The notes under the pieces were generated by a model. It was not told the origin of the DNA. It saw only the letters and a list, made by a program, of their open reading frames with translations, and did not search any database. Position numbers and translations under genes: made by a program. 64,000 nt of DNA from Octopus sinensis (lineage: Eukaryota). Position 1 is the first letter of the stretch; each line of letters opens with the position of its first letter. The stretch is taken from the NCBI RefSeq assembly GCF_006345805.1, contig NC_042998.1, positions 47,492,001 to 47,556,000 on the forward strand. The letters are read 5' to 3'. Of the stretch, positions 54,883 to 64,000 are shown in pieces.

Positions 54883-55927
54883 TATATATATGTATGTATG
54901 TATATATGTGTATATATGTATATATGTTTATATATGTATATATATGGATATATATATGTATATATAGATATATATGTATATATGCATAAATATATGTAAA
55001 TATATATATATGTATATATGTGTGCGTATGTGTGTGTGTATGTGTATACTTATACATAAACATTCATACAAACATATACATATATACATACAACGAAGAA
55101 ATATTAAAGTAAACCAACACTACACAGGTCCCTCACAGTCTGGTATAAAATTGACCTGTGTTAAACTATAACCAAATATACCCATTGAATCTTTTAATGG
55201 GGGCTGATATTCTGGCAAATCTGTTACTGGCAAATCTGTTGTTGGCTGGAGAAACTAAAATACTATTCAAATCATGTTATGACAAAAATAAACCAAATTC
55301 GAAATTAAATCAGAAACCTACGGTAAGAAACCTTCGAGACTTTACCTTGGCTTTCAGTATTCAGTCGCCGTATATTATGGTGTATATTATGATATATATA
55401 TTTGGACAACATAAAATAATTCTGACAACATGGAAATCAATATACGGTTAAAATAATTTTTTTGAAAAATTGTCTTTAGATAGAATTTTTTATTATTTCT
55501 GTTTAATACAACGCCCAAAAGTGCATACGAACACAGACGCACCCCCTCCCACGCACACACTCAAAATGACATGTGACTAAAATTTCAATTCGTCTTCCTA
55601 AATCCGCCCCACTTCAAATATTATTAACACGATGTGCTCACATACACACACACACATACACACACACACACACACACACATACACACACACACATACACA
55701 CACACTCATTCTCTCTCTCTCCCTCTCGCTATATATATATATATCTATATATATATATATATATTAAGCAAAAGCATCGTGAAATTCGATGTCGGTAGCT
55801 CTACCCAAAATATAGCTGTCTCATTAACAATGACATCACCATCATCATCCTCATCATCATCATCATCATCGTCGTCATCATCATTGTCGGAATTGCCATC
55901 GTCATCATCATTGCTATCCTCATCATC

Positions 55928-56001
<74 letters not shown>

Positions 56002-56419
56002 TTTAATATTTTACATTTGAATTTAAATCGTGAATTTCAACGGGAACTGTCTTTTCATGTCACATACAATTCATCTTATTCTTAAAGATATACGTTTTAA
56101 AAAAAAACAATACCGTCTTGTACGTATAGGAGAACTGATTTAATTTAAAGTTTTCTAACCGTATCTCAAATATAACAAAATTACAAAAAAAAAACACGGA
56201 CAGAGAAAGGCTTGATGAGAGTGTGGATTCTGCTGACATCATACATTAAGCTTGTGTGTATATAGATCTCAACAAGAAAAACAGCTTAATGAAGCAGATC
56301 TGTTTTATATCGCAAGAAATTTTAAATAAAATAGAATAAAATAATTTAACGTCTTCTGTTATTAATTTTTTTATATTGACGTCTATCAATCAATTATATT
56401 TGTATTGTGTGAATTATAA

Positions 56420-56790
56420 GCGTGGCTGTGTGGTAAGAAGCTTGCTTACCAACCACATGGTTCAGTCCCGCTGCGTGATACCTTGGACAAGTGTCTTCTA
56501 CAATAGCCTCGAGCTGACCAAAGCTTTGCGAGTGGATTTGTAGACGGAAACTGAAAGAAGCCTGTCGTGGATATATATATATATATGTATATATATATAT
56601 TGTTGTCTGGATGTATATACTTTTTCTTTAGTTGTTTGTCATCTGACAGCAGCTATACTGGAACACCGCTCTGAAGGGGCTTTAGTCAAATATATCGACC
56701 CCGGGAATAATGTCATAAGCCTAGTACTTATTACATCTGTTATCAAAACAGTGATGGGGGACAAAAACAGACACAAAGAGACACACGTAG
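56420..56790 (+). mobile_element. Family C SINE
   Basis: GCGTGGCTGTGTGGTAAGAAGCTTGCTT...GACGGAAACTGAAAGAAGCC. Confidence 0.85.
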
Positions 56791-56858
56791 ATATATATGT
56801 GTGTGTGTGTATTATATATATATATTATATATATATTATAATATATATATTATATATA

Positions 56859-56902
<44 letters not shown>

Positions 56903-57149
56903 ATATATATCTTATATATATATATATATATATACCTTATATATAATATATATATATATATACTCTATATATTATATATATATGTATATATTATATATGT
57001 GTATATTATATATATATATTATATATATATATATTATATTATATATAAATATAAATATATATTATATATATATGTATATATTATATATATATACATATAT
57101 ATATATACATATATATATATATATTATATATATATATTATATTATATAT

Positions 57150-57206
<57 letters not shown>

Positions 57207-57213
<7 letters not shown>

Positions 57214-58497
57214 ATAATAAGAGTAAATAATTCTATAAAGGCTTTTAAAAAAACCCCAATTATTTACTGGTAGAATTCGGTATGTAAATATAGCCGATTA
57301 CCGGCAGGAACTTCTGTAAAGTTCAGTATATATATTGTATATAAGAAAAAGGGACAGGCAACAGGTTGCTTGACCGCATACCGAAAAAATAGAAATAGCA
57401 GTCAAGAATGCTTATTTCTATCAAAGTTGGACTCCGGGCACGACAAACCCTGTAATTCACATATGCAAAACAGAAGGAATAGATAACGAAAACGAAGTCT
57501 GGTGGTTATCTGTGAACATCATGTTTCTGGATTATAAACATATTGAATATATATTTCATATATATTTTTGATATATATTTCATATACATTGCATATATAT
57601 TTCACATCCTTCTTCAGCACAGCTTTCCATTGAAAAAGATTTATCATAGATTTATCAAATGCTACGTACCTCAAACCTTCTGACCATGCGACATCAAAAT
57701 ATTTGAAGAAAGTGAGCAAAAGCTAAACCTACATAGACGTTTGAATTCGTAAATCTTCCCTCCAAAATTTTGCCATGCGCACTACAAAAATAGTTCCATG
57801 TGATTAGGAACTATTGGGTTGTCATAAGGGAGTGAAAAATCCAAATAGTAATATAATAATAAGAGTAAATAATTTCTATAAAGGCTTTTAAAAAAACCCC
57901 AATTATTTACTGGTAGAATTCGGTATGTAAATATAGCCGATTACCGGCAGGAACTTCTGTAAAGTTCAGTATATATATTGTATATAAGAAAAAGGGACAG
58001 GCAACAGTTGCTTGACCGCATACCGAAAAAATAGAAATAGCAGTCAAGAATGCTTATTTCTATCAAAGTTGGACTCCGGGCACGACAAACCCTGTAATTC
58101 ACATATGCAAAACAGAAGGAATAGATAACGAAAACGAAGTCTGGTGGTTATCTGTGAACATCATGTTTCTGGATTATAAACATATTGAATATATATTTCA
58201 TATATATTTTTGATATATATTTCATATACATTGCATATATATTTCACATCCTTCTTCAGCACAGCTTTCCATTGAAAAAGATTTATCATAGATTTATCAA
58301 ATGCTACGTACCTCAAACCTTCTGACCATGCGACATCAAAATATTTGAAGAAAGTGAGCAAAAGCTAAACCTAAATAGACGTTTGAATTCGTAAATCTTC
58401 CCTCCAAAATTTTGTCCAACTTTGATAGAAATAAGCATTCTTGACTGCTATTTCTATTTTTTCGGTATGCGGTCAAGCAACCTGTTGCCTTTTTCTT

Positions 58498-58500
<3 letters not shown>
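57207..58500 (-). mobile_element. 642-bp unit x ~1.9 in tandem plus an inverted ~87-bp segment, flanked by (TA)n (PLE-like insertion architecture)
   Basis: Units start at ~57207 and 57849; 58414-58500 is the reverse complement of TATAAGAAAAAG...CTATCAAAGTTGGAC inside the unit. Confidence 0.75.
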
Positions 58501-58586
<86 letters not shown>

Positions 58587-59561
58587 AATATATATATATT
58601 ATTATATATTATATATATAATATATATATATATTATATTATATATATATTATATATATATATATATATATAGCGGTGTGCAATGTGTTGTCAAAAAGTAT
58701 AACTATAATTATCACTATGCATGAGTAGGGTGTTAGAAAACCTACATTGCTAGAAATAAGAGCTAAAATGTTCTAATACTGTAGTCAAACCACATAATTG
58801 TATACATATGAATTGACAGGGACTGTCATTCCCCGAAAGCACCGGTCGAGAATTATTCACTATGTGTGAATATGTGTGTGCATGTGTGTGTGTGTGTTAT
58901 TTTGCGAACTGAAAATGCATGAAGCCAGACTTGAGCCTTATCTCAGTGAATCTAGTATAGAAAGACTTCATCGGTAGGACCCTTGGCATTGACTTTCTGC
59001 TAGCAAATAAGTGCACATGATCGCTCTCAGTTTTTATCTAAGATTATAATGGTAGCTGAAATGTGCAATTTCTACTTCTAATATTGAACGACTTTAAACA
59101 TCTAGAATCTTTATTAGGAATTCTATAACTAAAGCAAATACAAGTAGATTGGTTTCCTAGTTATTCCGAAAACTAGACTTGTTACTTAGCGACCATGAAA
59201 AAAGTTTTGTAAGGATTCATACATAATAAGAAATTAAAGTTTTTACAAAAAAGCTGGAAAATTCATCTTGAATTTTGAAAAAATAGCACTTACAATCTTT
59301 TACCGTAGTAGTATAACAGCCTTAAAATCTAGTCAAGTTCAAAATTTACCCACATGCAGACATGGCTGTGTGCTTAAAAAGCTCGCTTTGCAATCACGTG
59401 ATTTCGGGTTCAGTTTTACTGCGTGGTATCCTGGGCAAGTGTTTTCTATTGTCGCTCTGGGCTGCCCAGTGCCTCCTCGGTGAATTTGGTAGACAGAATC
59501 TATGTTGATGTTAGTCATTATGTGTGTGTATTTTGTGTTTGTGTTTGTCCCCACCCCTACT

Positions 59562-59791
59562 TGTTTCTTTACTGCCCACAAGCGGCTACACAGAGAGGGG
59601 AAAAAACAAGGACGGACAAACGGATTAAGTCGATTATATCGACCCCAGTGCGTAACTGGTACATTTTTATCGACCCCGGAAGGATGAAAGGCAAAGTCGA
59701 CCCCGGCGGAATTTGTACTCAGAACGTAGCGGCAGACGAAATACCGCTAAGCATTTCGCCCAGCATGCTAACGATTCTGTCAGCTCGCCTT
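59562..59791 (-). mobile_element. Family A SINE, well preserved
   Basis: Near-consensus motifs. Confidence 0.9.
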
Positions 59792-60229
59792 ACTACCTAA
59801 CAACTGGTGTTGTTTTGCTTACATCTTCTTAATTTAGCAGCTCAGCAAAAGTGACCGATAGTTTAAGTGCTTTACTCAAAAGACAAAGAAGTACTGAGAT
59901 CGATCTATTCGACTAAATGAGTAAAACAAGTGAAAGAAGGCAAAAGAAAATATAAGACTACCAATGGTATAGATGTAAGAAGATATCTTGTCAATTGATA
60001 TCGTGCAATGCGTATACTGGCGAAATTTTACCTACATGTCAACAACCAAAGATAGAGATAATTATGCATTATAGATTAGACAAAAAAAAACATTCGATTT
60101 CAAACCAATGTTCTTTAGTCTGAGAAAAAATGCATGTCAATTGAGTAGATAAGAAGTGATCTCTAGCGTGACCATGCATATTTTAGGATTAACTAAACTT
60201 ACATTAACTAATAAGTTCTTTCTGTTTTG

Positions 60230-60691
60230 TAAGTCAGTGAGTATGACATGAGTGCAATTTGACTGCTATTTCAAGCCAGTTGAGTAACTAGGCGGGGGAT
60301 CCTTCGTTGTCTCAATGCAACTAATATGATAGAGTCTTTTGGGGGATTTTTTTATCTTGGTTACTGATTATTTCACTTCAGATGTTTAACTCTATGAAAT
60401 GAAATCTAGAGAGTGGTGCATCGGTCTGCATATGATTCGATATTATTTCATCGATTAGTATCAACATGTAGAAAGAAATTGTATACATATACCACAGAAT
60501 ACGTATGTATATGTGGGCATATATGCATATATATACGTATATGTATATATATGAATATATATATATGTACATATATGTATATATACGTTTTTTAAGTCGG
60601 TGGGTATGACATGAGTGTAATTTGATTGCTATTTCAAGCCGGTTGAGTGACTAGGCAGAGGATCATTCGTTGTCTCAATGCAACTAATATG
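60230..60691 (+). repeat. ~100-bp direct repeats (60230-60328, 60593-60691)
   Basis: TAAGTC.GTG.GTATGACATGAGTG.AATTTGA.TGCTATTTCAAGCC.GTTGAGT.ACTAGGC...TTCGTTGTCTCAATGCAACTAATATG occurs twice. Confidence 0.9.
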
Positions 60692-61194
60692 CAGTGTATA
60701 GGGATTGCTGTCTGGGCTGAAAGTTATACAGACCTCAACTTATTTATTAGCCAATCTATTCAACAAGTTAGCCAGGGATCTGTCTATTTATGAGTGAATA
60801 CGTGATGCACTATATGCTAAGTTGAGGCAGTGCTGAAAATTTTAATGAAATATTTGAAGCATTTAAAATAAAATGATGTTATTAAAAGCTTTATAACATA
60901 TTTTTAGACTTCACTATGATGATATTGTTCCTGGTGACATTAATATAGCTAGAAATATTCCGAAATTAATCAAAACTAACTATATGTTGTCAAATATAAA
61001 CACTGTGTTCCGGAAATAATATATTATTCAATTTTCGGCTGTGTGCTTTATCAAAGTCAAATATAGGTCCATAATCGTAATTAGATTCGTAGGACAGTTG
61101 TTTTTCTACAAACGTTTACAAGCGAAAGCCAGCAGAAAGCATCTTGACAACTTCAGGAGATGAACCACTAGAAGAAGAAGAAGAAGCGACTAAA

Positions 61195-61680
61195 ACCTAT
61201 TATGGTTTCAAATTTTGGCACAAGGCTAGCAATTTCGGGGGAGGGTTATGTCGATTACATCGACCCCAGTGATCAACTGGTACTTATTTTATCGACACCC
61301 AAGGGATGAAAGACCAAGGGATAAAAGGCGAATTTTAACTCAGAACATAAAGACGGACGAAATACCGCTAAGCATTTTGATTGGAATGCAAACGATTCCG
61401 ACTTTGTCTGAGATTTTGGGGGAGGGGACTAGCCGATTCTGCCGGCTCACTACCTTAATAATGGTTTCAAATTTTGGTACTAGGCCAGAAATTTCAAGTG
61501 AGGGTATATGTCGGTTACATCGACCCTAGTGCTCAACTGGTACTTATTTTATCGACTCTGAAAGAATAAAGGCAAAGTCGACCTCGGCGGAATTTGAGCT
61601 CAAAACTTAAAGATGGATGAAATACTGCTACGCATTTTGTCCAGCGTGCTAACGATTCTGCCCATCACCTAGAGACTTAA
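61195..61680 (-). mobile_element. Tandem array of family A SINEs
   Basis: Two near-complete copies plus a partial one. Confidence 0.85.
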
Positions 61681-61737
61681 CAGTCCAGACAGAGAATTTG
61701 AACATGTAAAGTCAGACACTGTGCTGTAAAGAGGTGT

Positions 61738-62420
61738 TTGTTGATCGATGTAGCTTTCCCGGATTATTATATTAACGACAAAGAAAAGAGAAAATTGTAA
61801 AATATGCAGACTTGAAAATAGGTGTCGAGAGAATGTGGAATATGAAACTAAGAGTGGTACCAATTGATACTGGAACACTTGAGAGTCGGTAACAAAAAAA
61901 TCTCCCAACATTACCACATTTTAAAAGACAATATTTTTGGGAACAGTAAATATCCTGCGGAAAGTGTTGTCTGAGGTTACATAATTTGATAGAAAGTAAA
62001 TTAAACGAGATTATTAATTTGCGACTGATCAGGATATACAAGCAAACCAACCTGATCTGATTGTGTAAAATCATATTGAAAAGACTTGTCTTCTGATTGA
62101 TGTTGCAGGGCCCAGCCGACAAAAGTACTTCTCTGAAAACCTTTGAAAATCTGAGTAAATATAAAGATCCGGAGATTGAAATCGGAAGAATGTAGCATCT
62201 CAAAACAACAACATTACCTATTATTCTTGGGGCAACAGACCAGGTATTGTGGTAACAATTCACGTTGACAAAATATGTCTGCTTATAGATATCAATCCCA
62301 GCAGACTGCAACACCTCTGTAAAATTATTTACAAAATAAAGTAAGTTCATAGGTTTTAAAAATGAAACACCTAAGAACAGCAACTGTACCTGTAATCACT
62401 GGAGCTGTGCGGACAGTTTT
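61738..62420 (+). mobile_element. Several fragments of the RLE endonuclease C-terminus of R4/Dong-like LINEs
   Basis: Frameshifted pieces: K..DL..E..RMW..K..V.P; KTIFLGTVNILRKVLSE; PDLIV...KTCLLIDVA...STSLKTFE.LSKYKD.EIEIGRM.HLKTTTLPIILGA; TVPVITGAVRT. Confidence 0.8.
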
Positions 62421-63084
62421 CTGGACCCAGAGACCGAGTAACTCGGTCTCCATCAAATTGTAAGATTGCTTTGGGGAGTCGTTTAGGAGCCTACTGCTGT
62501 CACTTGCACTCGGGTTCCCCAGATCAATGATGAAATTCTTCCTCAATTCTTCGTATGTTTCCAAGCCCTGCCTAAATTTCAAATCATTTGGCACTTTGTA
62601 AGCGCTGGACCTGAAGGGCTCTTTCTCAGTTTCAATATTCTCCCTTTGTGCGGTGAAGGTGAAGGACACCTGTTTTCTTTTAGAGCTCCTTATCAGCTCA
62701 AAGTTTGTGGTAGGTATGTTTTGTTGATATTGTTTTCTTTTTGTTTACCTGCTGTTCCTCATCTTGTGTGTGTTTTCGTTTTGTAGAGGTGGCTGTATGT
62801 GATGGGAGAATTATTGTTGGGGATTTATCTTAGTTTGGTAAAGGTGTGGTGTTCGATGATGTTGTCATGATTGTGCTGCTTGTTCAGAGCAGATGTAGCA
62901 TTGTAACATTTTTATCGTGTCTGTTTTTGCTAGTTTTTATTTACTCCTCCTCAAAAGAAGGTATTTACAAGTTGGAAGGAGCCAATGTGAGTGGGCTGGA
63001 GGTATGATTTCGTATATATCCATGGTGTCCCCATAATAATAAGTTCGAGAAAAACTGGAAGACTGACGGAAATGTCTTTACATT

Positions 63085-63800
63085 ATTCAACTTTAAAACC
63101 AACCCTATGACTGCGATATACTGATGACACCTTTATACTCTGGCTCCACCAGGAAGATGTCCAAGTGCTGTTAGATCATGTGAACACAGTTCACAATGTA
63201 AAAAGAAAAAAGACAATCAGCTCGCATCCCTGGACGTATTAATAACTCGCACCAAGTATGGATTCAGGACATCCGTATACCACAAGCCGACCTTCACTGG
63301 ACGATACCTTAATTTAAATTCCCACCATCAATACAGTGTAAAGAGAGGGATTGCTCAGTGCCTAAAATATCGAGCCGAGAATATAAGCAACGATCATGAT
63401 ATCCACCACGAAGAAATGATCAAGCTCAGTAGCAATCTATTAATCAACAACTACACCAAAAACATACTATTTCTACAATTATGAAGAAAAGAGAGGATGA
63501 AATCAATAAACTGTCTCCACTCGGTCTACTCTATGTGTAAGGCCTCTCCGAAAAGATACAAAAGATATGCGGCCCATATGACATCAGGACAGTAGTCAAG
63601 AGTAAAACAACACTTCGCAAATATATCCTTCGGGTAAAACCTTCAATAGAAGAGAATATGATTAAAGACTGGAAAATACGAAAACTAAAAGAAGCAGCAC
63701 ATATGCTATGACACAACAACCTCCTAAGCAGATCGAGTGCAGATATGAATAGCATATGGGAACCGGTATTAAGGGCGGATAGAAAATATTAGATTTATAA
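63085..63800 (+). mobile_element. Degenerate Penelope-like element: RT C-terminal half, thumb and GIY-YIG end
   Basis: LRYTDDTFILW...LDVLITRTKYGFRTSVYHKPTFTGRYLNLNSHHQYSVKRGIAQCL; LYV*GLSEKIQKI...IRTVVKSKTTL; WKIRKLKEA. Confidence 0.85.
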
Positions 63801-63828
63801 GCCCTAAAAATTCACTCTATAATTACCC

Positions 63829-63900
63829 ACGGGCATATGGCGTAGTGGTTAAAAGCTCGGGCTAGTAACCCCGAGTTCGATTCCAGGCAGTAATCTGGAT
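63829..63900 (+). mobile_element. Very short tRNA-derived SINE with a (TAA)n tail
   Basis: A box TGGCGTAGTGG, GGGCT-AGT-AACCC anticodon-like arm, B box GAGTTCGATTCC, then (TAA)n. Confidence 0.6.
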
Positions 63901-64000
63901 AATAATAATAATAATAATAATAATATAATAATAATAATAATAATGACAACAACAACAACATAGGAATGAGAACCTAGGTTCGAAATTTCCCCAAGGCACC

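Noticed and set aside
57519-58361. Duplicated 66-aa ORF MLTFFKYFDV...
   Set aside because: Internal to the 642-bp tandem unit, partly TA-derived, no recognisable homology.
62325-62669. 114-aa minus-strand ORF as a host gene
   Set aside because: Lies among LINE fragments and partly overlaps the antisense of an RLE motif; no recognisable domain.
63961-64000. Start of another repeat at the window edge
   Set aside because: Only 40 nt visible; cannot be classified from this window.

Overview
AT-rich, microsatellite-dense animal genomic DNA with one 100-N gap (22531-22630). The SINE families and repeat landscape suggest an octopus or other coleoid cephalopod (inference). The only clear host gene is a SoxE (Sox8/9/10-type) transcription factor on + (exons 50661-51007 and 52104-53065). 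I could not find its first coding exon in the window. The rest is mostly repeats: several tRNA-derived SINE families, two partial maT/mariner transposons, Helitron, R4/Dong-like LINE and Penelope-like (PLE) remnants, and MITEs. The standout is a composite at 19369-22530: two tandem ~360-bp units, each carrying a complete minimal type I hammerhead ribozyme with a compensatory U3-A8 core; a PLE-like tail; a 1.75-kb intronless Rho-kinase (ROCK) coiled-coil/Rho-binding fragment; and an inverted copy of the unit with the ribozyme deleted. This looks like host-mRNA capture by a ribozyme-bearing PLE/retrozyme. All RNA folds and alignments were done by eye.
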